From NCBI GenBank assembly GCA_963727805.1, contig CAVSHF010000005.1, positions 928,001 through 992,000 on the forward strand: a stretch of 64,000 nucleotides of DNA. Reading direction: 5' to 3'. Positions within the stretch are counted from its first letter, which is position 1, and every line of letters begins with the position of its first letter. The notes under the pieces were generated by a model. It had not been told where the DNA came from and did no database searches. It saw only the letters and a list, made by a program, of their open reading frames with translations. Of the stretch, positions 1-9,897 are shown piece after piece. The position numbers were made by a program, and so were the translations under genes. This DNA is from an uncultured Nitrospiraceae bacterium. Lineage in GTDB: Bacteria; Nitrospirota; Thermodesulfovibrionia; Thermodesulfovibrionales; Dissulfurispiraceae.

Positions 1-2680
1 TATCCCTCACAAAAAGACGTTCGAGCAGGGCCTCAGTGCATGCGGCAACATTGATATCCCGTTCCCCTCGGCAGTGCCGCTCCTTCCAAGCATCGACCGG
101 ACTAATTGCATCCATTTCAATATCGGGTCGGATGCCTGCAAGATCTGCAAACAAGTATGTCCTCCGGGCGCCATTACTTATGAACAGGAAGATATAGAGG
201 AAGAACTCGAAGTCGGAGCAGTCATCATGGCGCCGGGTCTGGAGCGTTATAATCCCCAGGTCAGGGGCGAACTTGGTTACGGCCGGTGGCCCAATGTTGT
301 CACATCGCTTCAGTTCGAACGCATCCTGTCTGCTTCGGGTCCGTTTCAGGGGGTCGTACAACGGCCCGCCGACGGCAAGCATCCTGTCAAGGTCGCCTGG
401 ATCCAGTGCGTAGGCTCTCGTGATGCTCATAATGCCAACCCCTGGTGCTCGTCAGTTTGTTGTATGTATGCCACCAAGCAGGCGGTGATAGCGCGCGAGC
501 ATGATAAGCACATCCAGCCCACTATTTTCTACATGGATATGCGGGCTTTTGGCAAGGATTTCGATAAATACGTAGAGCGCGCCAAAAGTGAGTATGGTGT
601 GCGGTATATGCGGGCAATGGTCTCTGCTGTCCGCGAAGCCCCCGGTACCAGTGACCTCGTGCTTCGCTATGCGCTCGAAGATGGTTCACTTATCAATGAA
701 GAGTTCGATATGGTAGTTCTCTCAGTTGGCCTAGAACCGCAGAAAGACGCGGCCAAACTTGCGGAGATTTGCGGCGTCGATATGACCAATTATCTATTTC
801 CACAGACCTCTACCTTCGAGCCTGTCGACGCGAGCCGTCCGGGCGTCTTTGTAACCGGCACTTATCAGGGGCCAAAAGACATTCCCGAGACAGTTATGCA
901 GGGCAGTGCAGTAGCAGGGCAGGCGATGGCCCTTCTTGGCGAAGCGCGTTGGACGGAAACAATAAAAAAAGAGACGCCGCCTGAAAGGGACATTTCTGCA
1001 GAAGAGCCGCGGCTCGGCGTCTTCGTCTGCTCATGCGGCATAAATATCGCCGGCACCGTCGACGTTGCAAAGGTAGTCGAGGAGATGAGAGATATCCCCG
1101 GCGTGGTCCATGTAGAAAACACACTTTACACCTGTTCCCAGGACAGCCAGGAGAAGATAAAGCAGCTGATAAAAGAAAAGGGAATCAACCGCGTGCTCGT
1201 TGCTTCATGCACGCCTCGTACCCATACCCCACTATTCCAGGAGACTCTTCAGGAAGCCGGCCTCAATAAGTACTTGTTCGAGCTTGCAGATATCCGCGAG
1301 CAGTGCTCATGGTGCCATATGGGCCAGCGTGAAGAGGCGACAAAAAAGGCGATACGTCTCGTAAAAATGTCGATCGCCAAGGTAAAGCTCCTCCAGCCGA
1401 TTAAAACCGAGACAGTGGGCGTAACCCCGGCGAGTCTCGTCATTGGTGGCGGTGTAGCCGGAATGACCACTGCTCTTTCACTTGCTGAGCAAGGGTTCGA
1501 CGTCCATATCATAGAGCGCGAAAAGGAACTTGGAGGCCTTGCCAGGAATCTTTATTTCACTCAGGACGGCAGTGACGTTCAGGGCTACCTGAAGTCGCAG
1601 ATCGGTGCAGTCATGGCCCATCCTCGCATAACGGTGCATACTGGGGTCGAGGTCCAGAATACCGAAGGATTCATCGGCAACTTCGAGACGGTACTTACTG
1701 ATGGGAAAACCATCTTACACGGCACTATAGTTCTGACGACAGGCGGCATCGAGTACCAGCCGACGGAATACCTCTATAACGAGAGCGACAGGGTAGTCAC
1801 CCAGCGAGAACTTGAAAAGAAGATCTTTGAAGGACTCCAGCCCGGCTCAGGCGAACGGTATGTAATGATCCAGTGCGTCGGCTCACGTGAAGAGCCTAAC
1901 CAGTACTGCTCCCGCATCTGCTGCCAGGACGCCGTGAAGAACGCCATCGAGATCAAAGCACGGAACCCAAAGGCCCAAGTGGCCATCCTTTACCGGGATA
2001 TGAGGACCTACGGCCTTCGCGAGGATTACTATACAAAGGCCCGCGACCTCGGAGTCCTCTTTATCAGATATGATGTAGATAAAAAACCCCAGGTCGAAAA
2101 GATAGGTGAAAAACTCCGTATCAAGACCTGGGATTACATGCTGGATAAGGAACTCGTAATGGATGCCGAGTGGGTGGTTCTCTCAACAGGTCTGAGGCCG
2201 CACCCAACGACAGAAAAGATTGGTTCGCTTTACAAAGTCACCCGCAATCCTGACGGCTATTTCCTTGAGGCCCATGTAAAACTCCGTCCAGTGGACTTCC
2301 CGAGTGAAGGCATCTTTGTAGCCGGTCTTGCACACGCTCCCAAGAATCTGGATGAGACAATCAGCCAGGCACTTGCCGCAGCTGGCCGGGCGGGCGTCGT
2401 CCTTTCTCATGAGAGGCTGGCGATATCCGGTCTCATCGCCAAACAAAAGCGCGAGCTCTGCATGTCGTGTCTGAGTTGCCTCAGGATATGCCCCTTCGGG
2501 TCACCCTTTATCGACGCAGACGGCAAAGTCAGCCATAACGAGATCAAATGCCACGGATGCGGTCTCTGCGCAGGTATTTGCCCGGCAAAGGCCTTCCAGA
2601 TCAACGGCTTCAGTGATGAGCAGATGCTCGCCATGATCGACGTGGCTGCTGATCTTGAAGAAGGCGGGGTAGTCAATTAG
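1..2680 (+). CDS. hdrA: Heterodisulfide reductase subunit A-like flavoprotein (large, duplicated HdrA modules); 5' end lies outside the window
   Basis: The frame is open from base 2 (IPHKKTFEQG...), upstream of the ORF-track start at 74. It has two IQCVGSR...CS-x-x-CC HdrA motifs, GVFVCSCG and SCTP motifs, a VIGGGVAG FAD motif and C-terminal 4Fe-4S motifs. Confidence 0.92.
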   Translation, partial: IPHKKTFEQGLSACGNIDIPFPSAVPLLPSIDRTNCIHFNIGSDACKICKQVCPPGAITYEQEDIEEELEVGAVIMAPGLERYNPQVRGELGYGRWPNVVTSLQFERILSASGPFQGVVQRPADGKHPVKVAWIQCVGSRDAHNANPWCSSVCCMYATKQAVIAREHDKHIQPTIFYMDMRAFGKDFDKYVERAKSEYGVRYMRAMVSAVREAPGTSDLVLRYALEDGSLINEEFDMVVLSVGLEPQKDAAKLAEICGVDMTNYLFPQTSTFEPVDASRPGVFVTGTYQGPKDIPETVMQGSAVAGQAMALLGEARWTETIKKETPPERDISAEEPRLGVFVCSCGINIAGTVDVAKVVEEMRDIPGVVHVENTLYTCSQDSQEKIKQLIKEKGINRVLVASCTPRTHTPLFQETLQEAGLNKYLFELADIREQCSWCHMGQREEATKKAIRLVKMSIAKVKLLQPIKTETVGVTPASLVIGGGVAGMTTALSLAEQGFDVHIIEREKELGGLARNLYFTQDGSDVQGYLKSQIGAVMAHPRITVHTGVEVQNTEGFIGNFETVLTDGKTILHGTIVLTTGGIEYQPTEYLYNESDRVVTQRELEKKIFEGLQPGSGERYVMIQCVGSREEPNQYCSRICCQDAVKNAIEIKARNPKAQVAILYRDMRTYGLREDYYTKARDLGVLFIRYDVDKKPQVEKIGEKLRIKTWDYMLDKELVMDAEWVVLSTGLRPHPTTEKIGSLYKVTRNPDGYFLEAHVKLRPVDFPSEGIFVAGLAHAPKNLDETISQALAAAGRAGVVLSHERLAISGLIAKQKRELCMSCLSCLRICPFGSPFIDADGKVSHNEIKCHGCGLCAGICPAKAFQINGFSDEQMLAMIDVAADLEEGGVVN

Positions 2681-2743
2681 ATTAGTGATGAATAGTTCGA
2701 CGAGCGTCTATGCCCGTCGGCGATATAACAGGAGGAACATTTA

Positions 2744-3262
2744 ATGGCGACAGTTGCTGAAGCGCCTGTAAAGGAAGCGGTTTCGACAATCGAGAAACCC
2801 CACGAAATAAGCGAGGGTTGGCAGCCGAACATTATCGCCTTGGCTTGCCATTACTGCGCGTTTGCCGCGGCAGACCTGGCCGGGGTCATGCGCCTTACTT
2901 ACCCAACGGGCGTCAAGATCATCCGCATGCCCTGTACGGGAAAGCTCGATCACATCTATGTGCTTAGGGCCTTCGAAAAGGGCGTTGACGGCGTCTTCGT
3001 CGCCGGTTGACTCGAGGGGCAATGTCATTACCTGGAAGGTAATACCAATGCAGCAAGAAGGGTAAAGCATATAAAAAAGCTTTTACAACACGTAGGAATC
3101 GATCCCGCACGACTCGAAATGTTCAATCTCTCTGCGGCGATGGGGCCACGGTGGGCTGAAATATGCATCGATTTCACCGAGCGTGTCAAGAAGCTCGGCC
3201 CCTCTCCCGTCAGGATTGCAAAAGAAAAACAGGCCAGAAACAAAAGGAGTGACAACCAATGA
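2744..3262 (+). CDS. mvhD: MvhD-like [2Fe-2S] subunit, selenoprotein (in-frame UGA at 3008-3010)
   Basis: CHYCAFAAAD, RMPCTGK and DGVFVAG-(TGA)-LEGQCHYLEGN motifs. MvhD similarity continues in frame past the TGA to a stop at 3260-3262 that overlaps the metV ATG (ATGA). Total 172 aa. Confidence 0.9.
3027..3043 (+). promoter_or_regulatory. Candidate bacterial SECIS hairpin
   Basis: ATTACCT-GGA-AGGTAAT is a perfect 7-bp stem with a G-containing loop, starting 16 nt after the in-frame UGA. Confidence 0.65.
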
Positions 3263-3972
3263 TCGTCGGCGAACAGAAGCCAATTGAAGAAATCTGGAAT
3301 ATGGTCAAGGGTCTTAAAAAAGTCTTGGTGTACGGCTGCAACACCTGTGTTGCCGTCTGCCATGCCGGCGGCGCCAAGGAGGCTGAGATCATCGCCTCTC
3401 TTCTGCGCATCAGGGCCGCGGAAGAAGGGATCGAAATGGCGGTTGAACACGGGGCATGCGAACGACAATGTGAACCCGAATTCTTTATGCCCTCTATAGA
3501 AAAATTCAAGGCGCAGGATGTAGTACTCTCGACCGCATGCGGCGTTGGGGTAAACCTCATGTCCGCTGAAATCGGCGATATCGCCGTCTATCCTGCTCTT
3601 AATACCGAATTCTACGGCGCCGTGCCCAAGGCTGGGCTCTTTGTCGAGATGTGCGGGGGCTGCGGCAACTGTATCCTCCACCTTACCGGCGGTATCTGCC
3701 CCATCGTCCGTTGCTCGAAGTCGCTTTTAAACGGTCCCTGTGGCGGCACCAACAACGGCAAGTGCGAGATCAGTAATGAGGTAGACTGCGCCTGGTACCT
3801 GATAGTTGAACGTATGAAGAAACTCGGCACTCTTGATAAACTTCTGGAGATACAGCCCCCGAAGAACTGGGCAACAGCAACTGCCGGCGGACCCCGCAGA
3901 ATCGTAATCGAGCATATCGCTGAATTGGAAGAAAAGGAAGAAAATAAGGCTGCGGGGGAGGTCAAGAAATGA
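3259..3972 (+). CDS. metV: MetV, Cys-rich partner subunit of methylene-THF reductase
   Basis: GCNTCVAVC, ERQCE, CGGCGNC...GGICPIVRCSKSLLNGPCGG...CAW motifs; lies directly before metF. Confidence 0.88.
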   Translation: MIVGEQKPIEEIWNMVKGLKKVLVYGCNTCVAVCHAGGAKEAEIIASLLRIRAAEEGIEMAVEHGACERQCEPEFFMPSIEKFKAQDVVLSTACGVGVNLMSAEIGDIAVYPALNTEFYGAVPKAGLFVEMCGGCGNCILHLTGGICPIVRCSKSLLNGPCGGTNNGKCEISNEVDCAWYLIVERMKKLGTLDKLLEIQPPKNWATATAGGPRRIVIEHIAELEEKEENKAAGEVKK

Positions 3973-4949
3973 AATCTGGAAGCAATCTCGAACGGGTCAT
4001 CCTGAGCGGAAATCCGGCTGTTACAGCGGAACTTGGACCTCCCATGAGTGCATCACCCGATGAGATAGTCCATAAGGCTCATACGTTGAAGGGTTTTTGC
4101 GATGCGGCAAACATCACCGATTGTCAGACAGCAGTCGTGCGCATATCCAGCATAGCTGCAGCCTTCATCGCCTTTCGTGAAGGGCTCGAGCCGGTCATGC
4201 AGATGACCTGCCGCGACAGAAACCGCATTGCTATACAGGCCGATCTGTTAGGAGCAGCAGCACTTGGACTGAAAAACTGCCTCTGCATCGCAGGCGACCA
4301 CCAGAAATTCGGCGCTGCAGGAAAATTGAAGGGCCATCCCGGAGCAAAAAACGTCTATGACGTCGACACCACACAGCTCGTTGGCATCCTCAAGAAGATG
4401 CGCGACGAAAGTCTTCAGGAAGGCGGCGACAAGCTCGAAGTGCCCCCGAAGTTCTTCATCGGCGCGACGTGGACACCCATGGGCGACCCGATGGATTTCA
4501 GACCTTATAACCTGAAGAAAAAGGTCGATGCGGGAGCTGAATTTATCCAGACCCAAGGCATCTATGACATGGAGCTCTTCAAGTCTCAGTGCGAAAAAGC
4601 GCGGAACCTCGGCGTCCTTGAAAATACTGCTCTATTGGCCGGCATCATCGTGCCGAAGAGCGCCATGATGCTCAAATATATGGACGCGAGCGTTTCAGGA
4701 GTGACTGTACCTAAGCCACTGATCGACCGCATGGCAAAAGCGAAAGCGGCTGCCGGAGATGACAAGAAAAAGGCCAAGCTGCTCCAGGAGGAAGAGGGAA
4801 TAAAGATCACCATCGAGCTGATCCATCAGGCTCTTGAAATACCCGGCGTCAAGGGCGTCCATATTCAGGCAATCGATTGGGAATCAGCCATCGAGAGGAT
4901 TGTCAAGGATGCCGGTCTTTATCCGAGACCGACTTTCCCGGCAGAATAG
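3969..4949 (+). CDS. metF: Methylenetetrahydrofolate reductase
   Basis: VTAELGPP, EPVMQMTCRDRNRIAIQADLLGA, KKVDAGAEFIQTQ and GVHI motifs. Confidence 0.93.
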   Translation: MKSGSNLERVILSGNPAVTAELGPPMSASPDEIVHKAHTLKGFCDAANITDCQTAVVRISSIAAAFIAFREGLEPVMQMTCRDRNRIAIQADLLGAAALGLKNCLCIAGDHQKFGAAGKLKGHPGAKNVYDVDTTQLVGILKKMRDESLQEGGDKLEVPPKFFIGATWTPMGDPMDFRPYNLKKKVDAGAEFIQTQGIYDMELFKSQCEKARNLGVLENTALLAGIIVPKSAMMLKYMDASVSGVTVPKPLIDRMAKAKAAAGDDKKKAKLLQEEEGIKITIELIHQALEIPGVKGVHIQAIDWESAIERIVKDAGLYPRPTFPAE

Positions 4950-4960
4950 CTTCATTGTAC

Positions 4961-4996
4961 AAAAAAGGGCGGTGGTTAACTCCATCGCCCTTTTTT
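4961..4996. terminator. Bidirectional intrinsic terminator
   Basis: AAAAAAGGGCGGTGG-TTAACT-CCATCGCCCTTTTTT hairpin with A and T tracts, located between convergent genes. Confidence 0.85.
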
Positions 4997-5144
4997 GTTG
5001 CCAGACACCATCCCCCGTAAACGTGTTAGCATTGTTAGTGAAGAAAAGGTATAACGGGGGTCTGCCGCACCTTTCGTTAGAGTACAGCAGAGGTCAATAA
5101 AAGCTTACAGCTCGTTGCAGTCCAGAGTCTATATATTAATGTAC

Positions 5145-5819
5145 TTATTCGCCTGTCCTACTCGTCATACCATCCGCCGCCGTCATTTCCACTGACAGAG
5201 ATACAAGCTGAAACGCCTTACAAAAATCATTACTAAGCAAAGCACCTATTTCAATAGGTCCATTATTAAAAAGAATTTTCGTGCATCCCTTCAGTAAATC
5301 ATGATGCTCTTTCATAAAGTTTTTGAGCTCACAAGCGTTTACGAGTATACCTTTCGTCAACAAAGATGGCCCGAGATCCTTCATCACAACATTGAACAGC
5401 TTCAGATGTACTACTCCTTCGCCGCCGGCTCGTAGACCTGACTCTCTGTAAGTGATCGATCTGCGGAATGATGCAAAGACGCTTCCCTGCCTCATGGTTG
5501 CTCCAACCAGGCCCGGCAATGCAGAGGATAGCGCTAATCTCGATTCGTTCCTGATGGTCGCCGAATCAAGATCATCCACGGGCTTGCCATCAAGGAATAC
5601 GGTGCTTATATGGTCTCGGATATACTCCGGGCTTATACCGAGTTGCCCGGTCAAAAACGCCGAGACACTGCAGCCGACCTTAACGTCTCTCACAAAAAAG
5701 CCGCCTTGCACAAAACTGAACAGTTCTGATACCTTCCTCTTATCAAGCTCCAACACCAAGTGCGGAAGGATGTTACTGAACCCTGATTGATCCAACAAAA
5801 CAGTTTCACTATCGCTCAT
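5145..5819 (-). CDS. Hypothetical protein (possible ThiS/MoaD-like beta-grasp segment)
   Basis: 224-aa ORF. TVFLDGKPVDDLDSATIRNESRLALS resembles a ubiquitin-like fold segment. Function unknown. Confidence 0.6.
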   Translation of the reverse strand: MSDSETVLLDQSGFSNILPHLVLELDKRKVSELFSFVQGGFFVRDVKVGCSVSAFLTGQLGISPEYIRDHISTVFLDGKPVDDLDSATIRNESRLALSSALPGLVGATMRQGSVFASFRRSITYRESGLRAGGEGVVHLKLFNVVMKDLGPSLLTKGILVNACELKNFMKEHHDLLKGCTKILFNNGPIEIGALLSNDFCKAFQLVSLSVEMTAADGMTSRTGE

Positions 5820-6026
5820 CGTTCCCCATTATTTAACAATATGGTATGCATTTGTCTTATATTGTAATGATAGTTCAAAATAGCCGGTATGCCTAAACCG
5901 GGTCAATCTTCAGGAGCGGGGCAGGAGCAGGTTGGACTATGGATATTCCACAACAAGGCACTAAATCCCAATAATCCAGCCTGCTTCCTGAAGTCAAAAA
6001 TACATCATTCTCCTATAAATTAATAA

Positions 6027-6506
6027 TCAGACGACTTTTACGTTCATGATTCCTTCCCAATAGCCATGCAGATTGCACCGCTGATGTGCGACCAGAGTTA
6101 TCATGCCGGCAGGAGCGGACTCCTTTGTAACGACTACGGTAAAGGTTGCTTTTGGCTGAAGATATCCCTTGGGCTGAAAATCGATCCTGCCTGCAGGCTC
6201 ATTGCCTATGTTGAGTTCGATATATTCTATCCAGTGGGTAGGTCCCATTGAATGGACCTTCTCTCCCACGCTTACCTCAACGGTGAACGGTTCTCCAGCC
6301 TTAACTTCCGAGGGTACGGTCAGAAAGGGTGCGTGGGTTTTTTCGAGGGGAGTCTTATTAGAAACATCCTTTACCTTGTTGATAGCCTCAAACAGTGCAG
6401 CATCGACCTTCACCGGATAATTGGTATCGAGTGCAAAAGCTCCTTTCGCAAGTCCCACTACCAGCGTCCCCATTGTAGCAGTCTTTAAAAAAGTCCTTCT
6501 ATCCAT
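6027..6506 (-). CDS. Neelaredoxin-type (1Fe) superoxide reductase with Tat signal peptide
   Basis: N-terminal MDRRTFLK...AFA; iron ligand motifs EKTHAP, VHSMGPTHWI and RCNLHGYW. Confidence 0.85.
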   Translation of the reverse strand: MDRRTFLKTATMGTLVVGLAKGAFALDTNYPVKVDAALFEAINKVKDVSNKTPLEKTHAPFLTVPSEVKAGEPFTVEVSVGEKVHSMGPTHWIEYIELNIGNEPAGRIDFQPKGYLQPKATFTVVVTKESAPAGMITLVAHQRCNLHGYWEGIMNVKVV

Positions 6507-6650
6507 CTTGCAGATCCTCCTTTTGATCGCTTTCTTATAAGTATCACATCAAAATATGGAGCATTCAAGTCCAGCGTACGGTCCTGATATGTGCTATGGC
6601 TATTCCTCATTTGCCTTTATTCGGTCAAATAGGTAATATATCTTTCCGTT

Positions 6651-8663
6651 ATGGATAAAGAAATCGCCCGTCTCAACCCGCGACAGAAGGAGGCAGTCCT
6701 GTATACTAACGGGCCTCTGCTGATACTGGCCGGAGCTGGCACCGGCAAAACACGGGTAATCACGACACGCGTCGCGCACCTTCTCTCCAATGGCATGCCA
6801 TCTGATGCGGTCCTCGCTGTCACATTTACAAATAAAGCTGCCAAAGAGATGAGGGAAAGGGTCATGTCCATGCTGTGTGGCAAGGGATATAGAACGCCCA
6901 TAATTTCCACCTTCCATTCACTATGCCTGAACATCCTCAGGCGCGAGATAGAGAATCTGGGCTACCGGAAAGATTTCACCATTTATGACGTCTCCGACCA
7001 GCATTCACTCCTGCGCAACATCCTGTCCGAAATCAACTTTGAGGACAAGAGCTTCAAGCCCGAAAACATCATGGAGAGAATCAGCATGGCGAAGAACCAG
7101 ATCGCACCTTCTAGGGGGGGGGAATCCGCCGCCCCTAACGATCTGGAGATTATTTCTGACGCTGTGTATCCCAAATACCGCGAGGCTATGAAGACCCTCA
7201 ATGCGGTGGATTTCGATGATCTCCTTTTACTGACACTTCAATTGTTCAGGGAGCATTCAGCTATCCTGGATAAGTACCGTGAAAAGTTCAGGTATATCAT
7301 GATAGATGAATACCAGGATACCAACCGGGTCCAGTACGACCTGGTGAGGCTGCTGGCCGGTGAAAGAAAGAATTTGTGCGTTGTCGGAGATGACGACCAG
7401 TCCATCTATGGCTGGAGGGGCGCTGACCTCGGCAATATTCTCGATTTCGAAAAGGATTTTCCGGGGACCATGATTGTAAGACTGGAGCAGAACTACCGGT
7501 CATACAGTTACATCCTGCAGGCGGCAAATGGGATTATAAAAAATAACAAAAAGCGAATGGAGAAGTCTCTCTGGACACAAAGGGGCGAAGGGACTAAAGT
7601 AAATTGCTTCAAGGCATCCGACACTGGGGATGAAGCAAAGTGGGTGGCTGACAGGATCGAGCTTTTGAAATTCGAGAAGAAAGCGTCCTATGATGATATC
7701 GCTATTATTTACCGCGCAAACCTCTTCTCCAAACCCTTCGAAGAGGCCCTCAGGGGGAAAAGGATACCATACACGGTGGTTGGCGGCACGAGCTATTTCG
7801 AGCATCGTGAGATTAAGGACTTGGCAGCATATCTGAAAATATGTGTGAACCGCAGTGATGATTTAAGCCTCTTACGAATAGCCAACGTCCCGAAAAGAGG
7901 CCTCGGCTCATCAACTCTAGGCAGACTGGTTTCCTTTTCCAGAGATAAGTCGATAGATCTGCTGGAGGCATTTGAGAGGGTTGGAGAAATACCAGACCTT
8001 GGCGGCAGAATCAAGAGTGCTGCCTCAGACCTCGCGGGCCTCATCGCCAAATATGCGAAACTCTTTAAAGCCAATAGGGAGATGAGCAAGGTCTTCAGAT
8101 CGCTGATCGGAGAGATAAATTACCGGGACTATCTCCACGAGCTACACAGTAACCCCCAGGCTTCGCAAAGAAGAATAGAGGCCTACGAGGATTTCATCTC
8201 TTCCCTTGCCCGTTACGAGTCGCAGGAGCCGGCCCCATCGCTCCACGGCTTTCTGGAGGCATTGGCATTAATGGACCTGATGAACGAAAAAGATGAGAAG
8301 AAATCGTTCGGTGTCACACTGATATCCTTACATTCATCGAAAGGGCTGGAATTCCCGGTCGTTTTTATTGTTGGAGTCGAGGAGGATATTCTTCCCCATA
8401 AAAAATCGGTCGGTGATATTGAGGAGGAGCGAAGGCTGTTCTATGTGGGCATAACGAGGGCAATGCAAGAGTTGTATATTACTTATACCGCTGGCCGATC
8501 GAAGTATGGCAAAAATGTGCCTTCCACCCCCTCGCGATTTCTGAAAGAGATCCCTGACGAAGTGATTCAACCAGTTGCCAGGTTCGAAAAGGAAGAGCCT
8601 GAGCAGGCGGAAAAATCCGCGAAGGCGTTCTTTGCGAATATTCAGGAACTGCTGGGGCCATAG
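6651..8663 (+). CDS. UvrD/Rep/PcrA family ATP-dependent DNA helicase
   Basis: AGAGTGKT, VTFTNKAA, IDEYQDTN, VGDDDQSIY, LEQNYRS, HSSKGLEF and EERRLFYVGITRA motifs. Confidence 0.95.
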   Translation: MDKEIARLNPRQKEAVLYTNGPLLILAGAGTGKTRVITTRVAHLLSNGMPSDAVLAVTFTNKAAKEMRERVMSMLCGKGYRTPIISTFHSLCLNILRREIENLGYRKDFTIYDVSDQHSLLRNILSEINFEDKSFKPENIMERISMAKNQIAPSRGGESAAPNDLEIISDAVYPKYREAMKTLNAVDFDDLLLLTLQLFREHSAILDKYREKFRYIMIDEYQDTNRVQYDLVRLLAGERKNLCVVGDDDQSIYGWRGADLGNILDFEKDFPGTMIVRLEQNYRSYSYILQAANGIIKNNKKRMEKSLWTQRGEGTKVNCFKASDTGDEAKWVADRIELLKFEKKASYDDIAIIYRANLFSKPFEEALRGKRIPYTVVGGTSYFEHREIKDLAAYLKICVNRSDDLSLLRIANVPKRGLGSSTLGRLVSFSRDKSIDLLEAFERVGEIPDLGGRIKSAASDLAGLIAKYAKLFKANREMSKVFRSLIGEINYRDYLHELHSNPQASQRRIEAYEDFISSLARYESQEPAPSLHGFLEALALMDLMNEKDEKKSFGVTLISLHSSKGLEFPVVFIVGVEEDILPHKKSVGDIEEERRLFYVGITRAMQELYITYTAGRSKYGKNVPSTPSRFLKEIPDEVIQPVARFEKEEPEQAEKSAKAFFANIQELLGP

Positions 8664-8798
8664 GATGTTAGTTGGCAGTGCCATACTGACAGATAGCTTG
8701 TAGTCGGCTAAACACGATCAATCCTGATTTCCGTCAAAAGCACCGCCGGTTTTGCATCGAGATTGAATCGGCCTCACATACTTCGATTATAATCCTTG

Positions 8799-8827
8799 CT
8801 TACAGCTTTTTTTTACGACTTTTTTAT
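8799..8827 (+). promoter_or_regulatory. Possible KdpE-binding T-rich direct repeat
   Basis: CTTACAGCTTTTTTTTACGACTTTTTTAT upstream of the kdp locus resembles the E. coli KdpE site TTTATACTTTTTTTACA. Confidence 0.4.
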
Positions 8828-8895
8828 CGCCCAGTGTCGTTTCTTAACACATATTTGACATCCGTTGTTGATACACTTAATAAATGGAGGTGCGT

Positions 8896-9429
8896 ATGGA
8901 TCTGAACTATCTCGAGATCATTGCAGCTTTCTTCGGACTCACATGGCTACTGATCTTCCCTGAACAGGTGACCGGCGGCTTGATCACGAAGAATAGCAAA
9001 ACGGTAGGATCCTCTCTAATCGGGCAGCCCTTTGATGATCCAACATATTTCTGGGGAAGACGATCAGCGACATCGCCCTTTCCATATCATTCGGCCTCTT
9101 CGTCTGGCACAAATCTGGCCGAGACGAACCCCGACCTTGTGAAAAATGCACGGGGACGGATAGACGCCTTGAAAGCCGCTGACCTGCAGGCAGGGAGACA
9201 GGTACCAGTGGATCTTGCGATTGCATCTGGAAGTGGTCTCAATCCTCACATTAGCCCTGCTTCCGCCATATATCAGATAACTAGAGAGGCAAAAGCACGC
9301 GGGATGGATGAAGCAAGGGTGGGCACACTCGCCGCTCAATATGTGGAAGACCGTCAAGTCGGAATTCTCGGTGAGCCCAGAGTAAATGTACTCAGGTTGA
9401 ATCTAACCTTGGATGACCTACAAAAATAA
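8896..9429 (+). pseudogene. kdpC: KdpC with replaced N-terminus (probable deletion/fusion product, degenerate)
   Basis: GSSLIGQPFDDPTYFWGR, SGSGLNPHIS and GILGEPRVNVLRLN identify KdpC. The normal N-terminal anchor is absent and some conserved motifs are altered. SD GGAGGT at 8886. Confidence 0.65.
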
Positions 9430-9442
9430 AGGAGGAGACTAT

Positions 9443-9838
9443 ATGAAAATGAAGATAACCAGAATCATTCTGATGCTAGTGCTTTTGGCATCTGTTTGTG
9501 CTCCATTGACCGTTTCTGCTGTTTCCTATCCGCCCGCTCCGCTCTATCATCATCCGCAAAAAGCTGAAACAATTTTGACATCTGGTGCCATCGTCTATTT
9601 GTTTCACAGCGGCACGGATGAGATTAATAGTGCTATTCATGCCAATGACATCCTCACTGTATATAGAATCAACACTTTATGCGAAGTCAGGGAGGTTGGG
9701 AAAATCAGAGTAATCTCCCATATCGGAGAAACATACCTTAAATGCGAGGTAATGGAGGGTGAGATCACGCCTAATGATATTGCTAAGAAAGGAACTGTCG
9801 CACTCCTTGTAATTTCAGCTGGCACATGCGACCATTAA
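9443..9838 (+). CDS. Hypothetical exported protein
   Basis: SD AGGAGGAG and a signal-peptide-like N-terminus; 131 aa between kdpC and kdpD. Confidence 0.7.
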   Translation: MKMKITRIILMLVLLASVCAPLTVSAVSYPPAPLYHHPQKAETILTSGAIVYLFHSGTDEINSAIHANDILTVYRINTLCEVREVGKIRVISHIGETYLKCEVMEGEITPNDIAKKGTVALLVISAGTCDH

Positions 9839-9897
9839 TCGGCAACTTTACTTATGATATCAACCACCAGATAGAATGAGACAGAGCTATTTAACTG

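Noticed and set aside
2744..3010. 88-aa truncated MvhD or pseudogene as given by the ORF track
   Set aside because: The TGA aligns with a conserved Cys, homology continues in frame and a SECIS-like hairpin follows, so it is better explained as selenocysteine.
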